64,000 nucleotides of DNA from Selaginella moellendorffii (Eukaryota; Plantae; Lycopodiophyta). Where the stretch lies: contig NW_003314263.1 of NCBI RefSeq assembly GCF_000143415.4, forward strand, positions 3,313,746 to 3,377,745, given 5' to 3'. A program made the translations under genes and the position numbers. How positions within the stretch are numbered: position 1 is the first letter of the stretch; every line of letters begins with the position of its first letter. Shown in pieces: positions 23,805 through 36,585 of this stretch. The notes under the pieces are model-generated. The model saw nothing but the letters and a program-made list of their open reading frames with translations, had not been told where the DNA came from and searched no databases.

Positions 23805-25018
23805 ATCTTGGCATTGGGGAGCAAGGCAATGGTGTCGAAATGGATGCAGCCGAGCTCCTCAATCAGCTCGTCCCAAGTGCAAGCCATCCTGTAGTTGACA
23901 GGGAGGGGATGGAAAACCTCTTCACGTCGAGACGAAGGCGAGAGCTGGAGGGAGAGCTCTGCGGGATCCAAGCCGCCTAAACATTGGCAATGGCAAGCAG
24001 ATCCATCTTATCATTGCAAAGAGGAAGACGGATATCCGTTGTATCGGATTTATAACCACTTGTAAAGCCCTAAATTTGCAGAGATAATCTAAACTGTTCA
24101 AATCTAATGGTTTAGATAAAAGGGGAGTTAAAACAATTCTCTTTAAATGGTAAAATGGTTATTTCTTTGAGATACATTATTTATATATTAACATTAACTT
24201 ATAAATGAACATGGGACTATTATTCCCAATGGAAGATGCAACATTAATCTACAAGAGCTAAACTAGTGTATGTGGATCCAATGCACAAATTATGCAAACA
24301 ACAAATCAAGTTACCAAAAATAATACACTAGTTCTATAAAGTTAATAAAATATAAATATTTAAAATTAAATAGTGATAAATATTAATTTACACTTTGTGA
24401 GATTTATGATACCATATACTAATTAGCATACCTATATCTTTGTATTAGGCCACTGGTATATCAAAATAGTATCAAACTTAGTTGTAAGGAACCAACTCCC
24501 CAAAGTATTGTAGCTAAAGGATCCCTGAAAACATGACCAAAATGATAAAGAGTTCATCCAATGAGACCGAGTCTGAGATCAAGTCCAAGACCGACTCTGA
24601 GACCGAGTTTAAGACCAAGTTCGAGATTGAGTCTGAGACCAATTCTGAGTCTGAGTTTGAGACCGAGTTTGAGACCGAGTTCGAGACCAAGTCCGAGATC
24701 TGAGATCTGGTCTGAGGCTGAGTCTGAGATCGAGTATGAGATAGAGTTTGAGGTTAGGTCTGAGATCAAGTTTGAGGTCAGGTCCAAGATCGAGTTTGAG
24801 ACCGAGTTTGAGGTCGAATCTAAGGTCAAGTTCGAGATTAAGTTCGAGACCGAGTCCGAATACTAATATAAGTGGTGAGGTGAAAGCCCAAAGCGTGTGT
24901 CTCCCGGGGGGGGCTGCAAGGGGTTCCAAAAGTATAGTAGAGATAGTGAGGTCTAGGAACCAATCTTGAAATCTTGAAGGAACTCTCTAATAGTGCTTCC
25001 AAATTGACTTCAGGTTGA

Positions 25019-25171
25019 TGGGGCCCCTTTAATTTGGAGCCCAATCCCAACCCCTTTGGGGGGGCCCAACCGGGGGGAAAAAAAGGGGGGCACAAACCCC
25101 CCAAAAAACCAAAAAAATTTTTCCGGGGGGGGGAAAAGCCTTCCCCCCCTTTTTTTTTCAAACATTTGGGG

Positions 25172-25209
<38 letters not shown>

Positions 25210-25783
25210 AGGAACACATGCTTTGGGCTTTCACCTCAAGCCTCCCTTAGTACCAAGAGTTAGTCTCTGGGACAAGCTTGAAACTTACTAAATATGGAAT
25301 ATCCTTAGATTGCAAATTTGGACATGGGACGAACACCATTGTATTCAGGCCAATCTCTACATTCCATAGATATGCCAAATGAGCAAATCTAGACACTTTC
25401 CATAAATAGCATTTGGGACTGAAATGAGACTAACACAAAAGGAATGATAGTGAGGGTGTTTGGCAAACACAGTAAGCTATCATCCAATGATATTGAGGGA
25501 CTAGTCTCAATACGCGAGGGTTCTTGCCAAGCTAGTGCAAAACAGAACAAAAGAGAACTAAGAGCAAGGCTGAGAATGCTCAGCTAGAAACACATAGGAG
25601 TTCCTACCTTATGTTCATCTGGCTAAGTACAAATGCTAAGCCCAGTAAACTAACACTTGGACAAAAGGGGCTATTGAAGAAAACTAGCAATACCGACCTC
25701 CTGCCATCATGGCAATAAGGAAAGAATGCCCGTAAGGACTAGCCAACAAGTATCTTTCAATACCCGAAGTTACATTTGCGACA
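25019..25783 (-). mobile_element. Solo LTR related to the element-3 LTR, inserted in the 5' LTR of element 2
   Basis: TG...ACA bounded by 5-bp TSD GTTGA (25014-25018 and 25784-25788). Absent from the sister LTR at ~31850. 25205-25783 aligns with 42195-42768. Confidence 0.85.
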
Positions 25784-26474
25784 GTTGAGACTAGGACTTA
25801 GAGGCCTTACGTAGGAGTGAGCATAGACTCAGGTGGTGCCAGAGGGGCCACCCAAAGAAATGCTCAACAATAGCTCCCATTCCCAAAAGGGAAACTGACT
25901 ACGGTGCTCTAGGCTCATGTGGAATGGTGCCCCACTTGAGTACCTTGTGACTCATTGGTCCTCGCGCTTAGGCCTTCTATTTGAGATGGAAGTGGGGGAG
26001 CAGAGGTACCCATATCTGGCTATTAGGCCACGGTGTCTCCCCCCGATACCCTAAAGCAAGTGTTGCACCCAAAGTTTGAGATTTAGAGGGTTCTATGATC
26101 AAGTCTTGTTATATCAAGGGATGTTAAGAACCTGGAGGCTTGGTGTGCTTGGTTGCTTATGCCTACGGAGAGTGTAACTAAATCTTAAGTCCAATCTAAC
26201 CCGAGGAGGGGGATTGGGAGAGATTTGGGAATCCATGAATGGATGGCTAATGCTCCATTGCTCATGTAGTGAGTAGCTAAAACTAAGAAAGACCAAGTAG
26301 GAGCTAGTACAATAGGTAGGAACATTAGTAAGGGAACTTAGCTAAGGCCAAGATAGTGTCGGTCGAATAGACAAGGTAAGCTAACAAATTGAAAAAGAAA
26401 AATTTGTGGCTTACAATTTTGTATCAGAACCTTTTCCTTAGTTCTAGCGAAGGATAAAGGTAGATTGCTAGGAA

Positions 26475-29400
26475 ATGGCAAAGGCAGGGTGTAAAAGAAC
26501 CAAGGTAGAGATGGAACCTCCTCCAGAGCTGGAACCTCCGATTGAACAAAAAGCTATGAATGAAGAATCCTTGCATGAGGAGGACTCTAATGAGGAAGCT
26601 TCCAAACAGGAGTCCGATAGTGAGGTTCAATCATTCAATGCTCAATTGGATGTTCTAGAAGGACAATTCACACAGACAAATGCCTTGTTGGAGACTCTTG
26701 TACGCAAGTTAAAGCATGACGAGAAGTGAAAGAAAAAGAAAAATATTACAAATGCTGGCAACGTAGAAGGCATGGACCCTTGGGCAGGGACTGAGGCAAA
26801 ATCGAACAAGATCAAACAAACTAAACTGGAATTAGTTCCTCAAGCAGTTCCTAAGTACAAACCAAAGCCCCCACCGGTCTTCAAGGGAGTGAACGAGTAT
26901 AAGGTGGTGGAGGATTGGTTTATGATATGGAGGATTACTTTCGAGCATTGTAGTTACCGAGCTCAGAGAAAGTCCCATATGCTAAACCATACATGGCAGA
27001 TAATGTTAAGTCTTAGTGGAGAATAACAAAGGCCAACAAAGGACTGGTGGCCACTTATGAAATGATGAAGGCGAGAATCTATGCAACTTATGTTCCTCCA
27101 AATGCTACTCTGCACCTAAGGGATGAAAAGAGTAGGTTGAAGCAGACTAGAACCATTCAAGAGTATGTGAATGTGTTTATGGCAAAGAGGATACTTGTCA
27201 CAAACATGGGTCATATGGATGCATTCCATGCTTTCATATTAGGCTTGCAGACCTAAGCTCGAAACGAGGCAATGCGTTGGAACTTGACTAACTACAAGGA
27301 AGCATTGAATGCAACTATTAAGGTGCATTTCAATAATAACCTGCGAAAGGGGAACACAACGGGGTTGGGATCCACATTTAGCAAAGGAACTAAACTAAGG
27401 GGGACATATGGCAAAGGGAAATTCAAGAAGAGTTTCTCTAAGAATGAGTCCTCAAGGTTTTGGAAAGGCAGATCTAGTAGCTATTAAGCAAGTATATAGA
27501 GGAGTCAAACAAAAAGGGACAACCCCATGGATAATAAAATCAAATCAGCTAGTAGCATGGGAAACAACATATACTTTAACTGCAATGAAGCAGGACACTT
27601 TTTGAGAGAATGTCCTTACCCGAAGAAGGCCAAAGTCAATATGGCTATTAAGTCAAGTGAAAACAAAATTGAGGTACGTGATCCAGTCTCTAGCTCAAAG
27701 TTACTCATTACATGAGCAACTTTGGTAGAGAGTTATTCGCGACATCTATTAGCCCTTCAAGGGAAGCTCGGAAGTAACTTTGTTAAAATCCTTATTGACA
27801 TAAGTGTTTTAGATAATTTTGTAGCTGCAGACATAGCCCAGCAAGCTGGACTAATGGTGCAATAGCTATATGAAAGAACTATAGAGTTTTTTCAAGGTAG
27901 CCAAATCACCGATGAAGTACTTCGACAAACAAGAGTCAAAGTAGGGACATGGAAAGTAAACATGGATTTCACCGTATTGGACATGGGGGGATTTGACATG
28001 ATCTTTAGGATGCATTAGTTTAATCAGTTTGTGGTAGCCTTGCATGGACAAGATAGGAACCTTGTGGTATTGGTGAATGCCTGGGGAGAACGATCTAGGG
28101 TGGAGGCCCAAGATCAAAGATAGGGCAATGTAAGGCCAAAGACTCCTGCTTGAATCTGATGTCCACGAGAGGACAACTCACTAAAAGAACCAAAGTAGCA
28201 TTTTTGTGCTTACTCTCAGTGAAGAGTGACAAAAAGATAGAAACATAAAAAGTACCTTTAGTGATTTAGCAGGTGTTGGACCAATTTCAAAATACCATGT
28301 CGGAGGACTTATTGGCAGGGTTACCCCCCGATAATCGATAGAACATAAAATTGAGTTAGTCGAGGGTATTAAGGCGATGGTTCATCCCCCCTATCATTTG
28401 AACGAAAAGGAACTCAAGGAGCTCAAGTGCCAATTAAAAGAGTTGGTGAATAAAGGGTATATTAGGTTGAACAAGTTGTTATATAGGGCGTTAGTGTTAT
28501 TTGTGAAAAAGAAAGATGGATCTATGCACATGTGCATAGATCACCGGTTGCTCAATAGGTGTACAAAGAAGAACAAGTACCCTTTATCAATGATTGAGGA
28601 CCTATTTGATAAGTTGGGAAAGGCAAAATACTTCTCGAGGATTGACCTAAGGTTAGGATACTACCAGATCAAGGTAGCAAAGGAAGATGTCGAGAAGACA
28701 ACCTGTCAGACAAAATATGGGAGTTTTGAGTTTCTAGTGATGCCCTTTAGGCTGTGCAATGCGCTAGCAATGTTTTCAGTGCTGATGAACCATATTTTTG
28801 TACCCTATCTGGATCACTTCATGGTTGTTTATATTGATGACATCCTAATTTATAACGAAACGCTAAAGGAGCATGCCGAACATTTGACAAAGGTGTTTAA
28901 AAAACTAAGGGAATATAAATTGTATGCTAAAGAGAGCACATGTGACTTTGCTCAACAAGAGGTAAAGTTTCTCGGGCATGTGGTGGGTAAGAACGGGCTT
29001 AAGGTGGACCCTGAAAAGGTCTATGCAATCCAAGAATGGGAGTGACTATTGAATATACATGAGTTAAGCGCATTTTTAGGGCTATGCAACTACTACTGAA
29101 AATTTATCAAATACTATTCGAGAGTACCCCTACCTTTAACGAACGAAACAAAAAAAGGGAAGATGGTATGGACAGTGAAATGCCATCTCACATTTGTCCA
29201 CCTCAAAGGGAAGTTGAGGAAGACTCCCATGTTGGCATTACCAGACTTTGGTAAGGACTTTGAGGTAGAAACAAACACTTTAGACTTTGCGTTAGGCATA
29301 GGTTTGAAACAAGATAACCATCCGGTGACATTCTTCTCAAAGAAGTTGGACAAAGCTCAGCGAAAGTGGCCTGCCCACGAGAAGGAATTATTTGCAGTGG

Positions 29401-30775
29401 TCAAGGCACTCAAAGAGTGGCGACACTACCTTAGGAGACACTTTAAAGTTTACACAGATAATGTGGCAAGAAAACACTTGTTGTCACAGCTCGACCTAAA
29501 AGGAAAACAAAGTCGGTGGGTCAATGCTTTGGCTGAGTTCAATTGTGAGATTCTGTATAAACTTGGGAAGAGTCAAAAAGCAAGTTTAAAGTTGGCGATA
29601 TCTAGCATGATAGCAACCTTTTGGGATAATGTACAGATAGCATATGAGAATGATTGTCTAGCACAAGAAGTGTTGCTAAGGAACCAAGAGGCACAGGATG
29701 CTCACCAAAAAGGTGAGTTGCGGACAAAAGAAAAAATAGGTTATGCAAAATGCAATGGACTCATCTATTATAAACAAATGAGGGTGTATGTTCCAAAAGG
29801 GGAACTACGGAAGGTAGCATTAGAAGAGTGTCATGATAAACCTCTTGCGGGATATGGTGGAGTGCCCAAGACGATGGGCTTACTCAAGAGGAAGTATCAC
29901 TGGCTAGACATGGCTAAAGACGTCCAAGACTATGTAAAGATATGTCCAACATATCAATAAGTCAAAGCCATGACTAAGACTAGTGGGGGCTTGTTACAAA
30001 GCATTCTAATTCCAGATTGTCCGTGAAAATATCTTACAATGGACTTCATCACGAAACTCCCTCAAAGAAAGGGGTTTGATACGATATACGTAGTGGTGGA
30101 TTAGTTTTTGAAAAATGATACATTTCATACCCACCACAACAAAAGTGGATGCAAAAGGTGTGGCAAAACTATTCTTCGAACAAATGGTTCGAGTGTAGGG
30201 AAGGTCAAAAGAGATTATCTTAGATCGAAATAAGATCTTCACTAATAAAGGCAAACTAAATATGCGAACCAAAAGTGCTGGAACATAGAGTTTCAACCTA
30301 GGAAGAAGGTGTGGCTGAGTACCAAGATCCTAAGGTTACCAAGTGGGATCAGCTAGAAGTTGACCCAAAGGTAAAAATGTATGTATTCCTAAAAATGAAT
30401 TAACCTTGAGTTCCTTAAACAAGTTCACAGGGCCTTACGAGATTGAGGCTCAAATTGGTAAAGTGGCTTACCACCTCTAACTTCCTCAAAAGATGGGGAA
30501 TATGCACTATATGTTCCATGTGAACTTACTCAAGTTATACTTTGAGGATCTGTTTCACAAAGACCAAGTAAGACCTTTACCTGAGGTTATCCAAGAGGAA
30601 GAGGAATACGAAATCGAGCCCATCCTCAATGCATGCAAAAACAAGTGACAAGGACGTGAAGTGAGGGAGTTCTATGTGAAGTGGAAAGGATTTCTACACT
30701 GCGAAACAACATGGGAACCAAAGGAGAACTTAGCGAACGTGCAAAATCTAGTGGAGGAATTTTTGCAACGTATAA
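26475..30775 (+). pseudogene. gag-pol pseudogene (gag, PR, RT 28377-29045, RNase H/IN 29163-30300, chromodomain ~30600-30770)
   Basis: ORF-track fragments with canonical motifs, broken by stops and frameshifts. Confidence 0.9.
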
Positions 30776-33049
30776 CTCTATACACTTATGTAAAGTTCAA
30801 TTAAAGCATTAATTTGTGAAGTTTAGCAATGGCATATGTTAAGACCCGAAGGCATGCCAAAGGTAAGCTAATTAGTATAGGTTAGCTAAGTCAACCAGGC
30901 GTAAGGAACTATGCCCGACTCCCCACAGGAATGTCAAATCCATAAGCGTATTTTACAGAGGTTGGGTTTGAATCCCAACCCCCTAGTAAAGCAAGGCTAG
31001 GTTCAAATCCCAACTCTATACTAGAGCGTGGTGAGGTGAGGGGTATAGGGATATCTATATTCTATTGTTATAGGCTCTTGGCCAGGGAGGCTAACTTAGG
31101 CATACCACTAAGTGGGGAGATGCCCCTAGAGACATGGTCAACAAGTCATAAGATTAAAAAGAGATGTTTGATGTAGGCATTGAACTTCTTCTATGGGTGG
31201 TGGAGTTGTAAGGAACCAACTCCCCGAGGTGTCGTAGGCTAAAGGATCCTCAAAAGCACAACCAAAATGATAAATAATTCATTGGATGAAACCGACTCTG
31301 AGACCAAGTTCGAGACCAAGTCCGAGATCAAGTTCGAGACCAAGTCTGAAACTGAGTTCGAGATTGAGTCTGAGATCTAAGATGGTCCAAGACCAAGTCC
31401 GAGATCGAATCTAAGACAAAGTTTGAGGTCGGGTCTGAGATCAAGTCTAAGATCGAGTTCAAGACCGAGTCTGAGGTCAAGTCCAAGGTCGAGTCTGAGA
31501 CCAAGTCCGAATACTAATACAAGTTGTGGGATGAAAGCCCAAATCTATAAGCAACCAAAAGGAACGACTCGAGAGACAATTTATAGGGTTCAAATATAAA
31601 GGGAAAAAGCCCATAAACAAGAGTGCACCCTTTTTTCCAATCGGTTAAGGGTTTTGGGATATTTGGGGTTAAGTGTCTTTGAGTTTGAATAGTACTAAAC
31701 TAGGCAACCTCCCAAGAAGTCCAAACTCAAGAACTTACAAAAGCATGTGTCTCCCGGGGGGGGAGGTTCCACAAGTATAGTAAGGATAGTGAGGTTTAGG
31801 AACCAATCTTAAAAGAACTCTCTAGTGGTTCTTCTAAATTGACTTGAGGTTGAGACTGGGGTTTAGGGGCCTTGGGTGGGAGTGAGCATGGACTCAGGTG
31901 GTGCTGGAGGGGCCATCCAAACAAGTGCTCAAGATCAACTCCCACTTCTGAAAGGGAAATCGACCACAGTGCTCCTTCTTAGGGGTTAGGCCTTCCCTTC
32001 GGGATAGAAGTGGGGGAGTAGAGGTAGCGATACCAAGCCGTTAGGCTATAGTGTTTCCCCCCAGTGCCCCGAAGCAAGTGTTGCACCTAAGGTTTAGAAT
32101 TTATAAGGTCCTATGATCAAGTCTTGTTGTACCAAGGGATATTAGGAATCTGGAGGCTCGGTGTGTTTGGCTACTTGTGCTTGCGGAGAGTGTAGCCAAA
32201 CTTTAAGTCCAGTCTAACCTGGGGAGGGGGGTTGGGAGAGATTTAGGAATCCATAGATGGATGGCTAACACTCCATTGCTTATGCAATAAGTAGCTAAAA
32301 CCAAGTAAGACTAAGTAAGAGTTGGTATAATAGGTGGGAACTTTAGGGAGGGAACTTAACTAAGGCTAAGGCAGTGTTAGTCAGATAAACGAGGTAAATT
32401 AGCAATTTGGAAAGGAAAAATTTGTGGGTTACATTAGTTTGGCTTCATTTTGCATATTAGTATTAGCATTAAGATTTTGGAAGCTTTAAGATTATTCTAA
32501 TGTTACTTCATACTTTTATTCCTTCACTGTTAAGCTATATGTTCAAGAGTTCAACTCTATTTCTTCATTCATTAGCTTGAGACTTTGAAACTTAGATCCC
32601 ACTCTATTAATCTTAGTACATATGTTAAATGGTTGGATTTCACTTTATATAGTAATGCACTATAAGGTATAGGATAAAAATATATTATATTAGCACATTG
32701 AATATTATACTAGTTAAAGAAGAATGCTATGCTGAAAGTGAGTAATGATATCGAAAGGCTTGGAGATCTATGATAAAGGAATAGAGCTAATATAAGGAAG
32801 AAGAGTTGACATATTCAATGAAACAACCCCTAATTAGACTAAATGTTCTTGTTTTCTCAAACAACAAATATTGCATCCATTGTATAAGTCTAAGAGTGAG
32901 TGCAAGCTTATGAAAGTGATTTGCATTATTATAATTCATGCAAAGTTGGTTCTCAATCTAACATCATTATTTAGCCTCAGAAATACACTATTAACATAAA
33001 GCTCTAATATGCCTTACTTATATACTAACAAGGGGTTTTGAGATTATAA

Positions 33050-33620
33050 TATGGAAAATGAAGTTAAGGATTCAATCTTAAAGGAACTCTCTAGTGGAGT
33101 TTCCAAACCATATTAGGGATAGGACTTAGAGTTAATAGCCTTAAGTGGGACATAAAGGGTGCTAAAAAGGATTTTCAAGGAAGTGCTCAAAAACAATTAA
33201 ATATCCCAAAAGGAAAACCAATTACAATGTTTCCAATGCAGGTGGATTAATGCCCCATTTGAGTAAATTACCTTCTTAAAAGGTCTTTGGAATGGAAATT
33301 AGGAGTTGAGATATTTATACTAGATTATTATGCCACAGTGTTTCTTTTTGAGGTTTCAAATTAAGAAATGCACCCAAAGTTTAGGATTTAAAGTATCTCA
33401 TGAACAAGCCTTATTATACCAAGAGATATTAAAAACTTTGGAGGTTTGGAATTCTTGGCTGCTTGTGCTTCTAAAAAGTGTAACCAAGCCATAAGTCTAA
33501 TATAATCCAAAAAAAGGGATTGGGAGAGAAACTTTAGAAATCTATGAAAAGATAGCTAAGACCCTCTTGCCCATATAGCAAGTAGTTAAAGCTAAGTAAA
33601 ACTAAGTAGAATTTAGTACA
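33050..33620 (+). mobile_element. Old degraded LTR remnant of the element-2 family
   Basis: Collinear similarity to 31790-32330 (aggaactctctagtgg, gcacccaaagttt, gggattgggagaga, gcaagtagttaaagc). Confidence 0.7.
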
Positions 33621-34020
33621 ATATCATCTAAAGTGGAAGATTTTGGCATTAATTTATTTTCCCAATTTTATGGTATATGATTTTTCTAAAGGGTTTCTTG
33701 TCCAATGGAAGTGATTATATCAAGTGTTCTAGCAAGTTGAAATATATGTTTATAACATTCAATAAGTCAATCCTCTAAAAATTATGCATATGCAATCTTC
33801 ATAAAGAAAAAATTCTCTTTTGGATGTTCTTCTAAATCTGAACCGATTAATATAAAAAGGAAAAAACAAAAGAGAAAGAATTAAAAAATCTATAAAAAAT
33901 GGGAAATCTAGACAATACAAAAACTATATCTAAACCAAAATTCCAAATCCAAACACTTCTTAGGAACAATTAAAGTTACCCCTTATCTCCACCAATGTGA
34001 TCATATGGATTATGAAAATA

Positions 34021-34168
34021 AAATAAAGAAATATACATATCAATTAGCCAAAAACCCTAATTTATATATAGAAACAAGTGGTCCAGATTAAAACCAATTT
34101 AACGGATTTCAAAATTCCACTATCCTAATATTAATATACAGCATCGTAACCGTACACTTAAACCTTAT
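34021..34168 (-). repeat. LTR fragment, inverted copy of 49427-49575
   Basis: Reverse-complement similarity, e.g. gattaaaaccaat and ctaatattaatata.agcatc.ta.cc.tacactt. Confidence 0.65.
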
Positions 34169-35619
34169 AATTTATTATCTTTTGCTAGTTTTTTTTATTT
34201 AAACACAATTCCACCTAACTGAATGAGCATCAATCACAAATGTCATAATGGAGGCCCAGAATCTTGGCAATGGTGAGGGCCAAGCATGCAGATGTCATTG
34301 GATGTGGTGTTAGGGGGCTCCCAATACAGCCACTTCATTGGAGATGGATTGCCTAGCGAAAAGAGAAAGATTGAGGCCTTGGATCTCAATGGCATTCTAT
34401 TTGCTACACAAGAAGGCTAAGCCTCAGCCATATTGGAGTGACATTTGCGTTCTTCCCTGCACTCTAGATTCTCCACTCTTATGTAACTTCTTTTTTTGAT
34501 TCGGAAAAAAATAAATAAAACTTAACCACCATTTCCATGTCAGAAGGGAGCTCAAATGTGTGGTATAATTGTTGTCAAGCCTTATTATTAACATTCTTTT
34601 TTTCTTGGTAAGTACCCAATTCCATCAATGGTTTCAACTAACACCTGAAGTGTGAATATGACAAAGTGGTGACAGAGGTGATTGAGCCAAGCATATGTTT
34701 TCAATCAGACTTGAGGCTTTCACCTGGGCTTGTAGGATACTTTACTCTCAGATGTTACCACCACTTGTTGGAGATAACCTCGCCTTAGTACTACTGGTGG
34801 TCTTTGTAAGTTAGTCATTAATATTTAGTGTTGAATTGACCCAGATATATAGTCACATTCGCACAGGTAGCTCATAGCTTCGGGCTGACCAATGAAGGTT
34901 CTGGCTGGAACGTAAAGGTTGGGAGTATTCCCTCGCAAGCATCTCACACAACACTAAGCTCTTCTCCTTCAGAGACTTTCTTGGTAGGAGAGCTTTGTCA
35001 TCTAGGAAGCAGTGCAAGAGGAAATTTCCTTCACTTCAGTGAACCTCCTCTAGTTTCTCTATAGGGATTCTGCCCGCTTGGAAGTTACCATGATGCCAAG
35101 TATACCAAGTTCTGCATGAATTTCATGGACTTTATGATGATAAATCTCGAGAGTTTGGAGACCAGGCTGCTTCCATGGAACTGTGAGGAGAACCTCAACC
35201 TGTTTAGAAGGATGCTTAAGGAGTAAATCAAGTTCTATAATTTATCTTTGTTTTTTCCTTATCTTGTTTCTTTAGGAATGGGCAAAGAGGTGATCAGAGG
35301 ATTCAAATTATAATAGTATGAGAAGATGATGAAACATAGAGTGACTTCCATAGCCACAAGCTTCACACCTCAAAGTTGCAGCAGCACAGGAACGCATTGG
35401 AATTGAATGAAGCTCTCGTCCTTTTGTCGCCTTGCAAATTGACACACTTCTGGACTGCGAAAAGGAGCTTGTAGGTTGATAACTTAGAATAAGTTTAATT
35501 AGCTGTTATCTCTTTTAAAACTTCTTAATTTGCAAAGCAAGACATTGTTCATTCATAAAATCAAATGAATTATTTTGTGGTGATCCAACGAAACCATGAA
35601 ATAATAGACTCTAACTTGC

Positions 35620-35916
35620 TTAGTTCTTGATGCAGTGGTCCTTGCTCCATTTCCAGCCAAACTGGCATTGGTGGCACTCGTTGTTGTACCAGTACCAATT
35701 GGTCAGGCAACTCACGCATTTGCTTCCACTCCACTTCCATCTGGAGAGGCATTGGTGGCAATCGTTGTTATACCAGTACCATCCTTTGGGACACTGGATG
35801 CACTTCTGGCCGTCCCAGTTCCATCCAGATTTGCATCGCTTCTGGGCTGTTGCGTTGGTGATGCCACCGACATTCTCTCCAACCAGGAGGGCTGTCACAA
35901 ACATGGCCAGAAGCAT
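35620..35916 (-). CDS. Small secreted Cys/Trp-rich tandem-repeat protein (98 aa from first in-frame ATG)
   Basis: Leader MLLAMFVTALLVGENVGG, then a KR site and five 14-aa repeats C-x3-W-x-W-x4-C-x2. Confidence 0.75.
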   Translation of the reverse strand: MLLAMFVTALLVGENVGGITNATAQKRCKSGWNWDGQKCIQCPKGWYWYNNDCHQCLSRWKWSGSKCVSCLTNWYWYNNECHQCQFGWKWSKDHCIKN

Positions 35917-36585
35917 CAGCTGAGTCCAAGTGAAGACTGCTATGCACACGGAGTTTACTGCTTCTCCAGCGCGACATGCCGTGTTTGTGTTTGACTGACG
36001 GGGTCAATTGACTGGTGTACATGCCGACTATATCCAAATGAAACAGTCTCGAAGTCCCGTGAAATGATCGAAAATATCTCATTATGATTGATCATTACTT
36101 CACATGGATATGGATTTATTTGCTAACTGGACATACGTATTCCAAGATATGATAATATTTTCTAAAGATTGACACGCTTATATGTGTGTATGCATGAGGC
36201 CTATCAACATCTAAAGTATTATTTTGTGATACTTACAAACCTTTAATAAATTCAATATTAGAGGAAGAAGTATCATATGATGCTTCTACATGTAGAAAAA
36301 AAAGGAAGTCAGATCCACTTAAATCACTTAGCTAGAAAATGTCAAACTGAAGAATATGTCAAAACTGAATCATCACTTATTTTGTTATCACAGTTTTTAT
36401 TTTTATTTTTTAATTTGTTTTTTAATTTTTGGGGGGGGGGTCCAATGTAATGGATGTAACCTCAATCATAAGCATAAGTTGACTTACTGGTGGAGCACGA
36501 GAGCAGGAATATGTCAGAATCTTCAATTTAGATAATCTGAGCCCATGCTATATACAAGGTCTGGCAGCGCCCTCAAGAAAGAAGC

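Larger units (their letters stand above)
24483..32433 (+). mobile_element. Degenerate chromoviral Ty3/gypsy LTR retrotransposon 2 (LTRs 24483-26415 and 31207-32433)
   Basis: TSD TTAGT, degenerate PBS tgtatcagaac and PPT ctatgggtggtggagt. Internal domains in order: gag Zn knuckle CNEAGHFLREC, RT with YIDD, RNase H (WPAHEKELFAVV), integrase and chromodomain (EYEIEPIL..FYVKWKGF..TWEPKENL). Many stops. Confidence 0.93.

Noticed and set aside
25021-25208. Homopolymer-rich stretch giving Pro/Gly/Lys-rich ORFs and G4-like runs
   Set aside because: It resembles polymerase-slippage garbling of a read passing through a long poly-C/G tract. The related LTR at 42040-42195 has normal sequence here, so it is likely an artefact.
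34245-35400. Coding-like island with LDLNGIL (reminiscent of NIF/FCP1-like phosphatase motifs)
   Set aside because: Too many stops and too little additional motif support to call.
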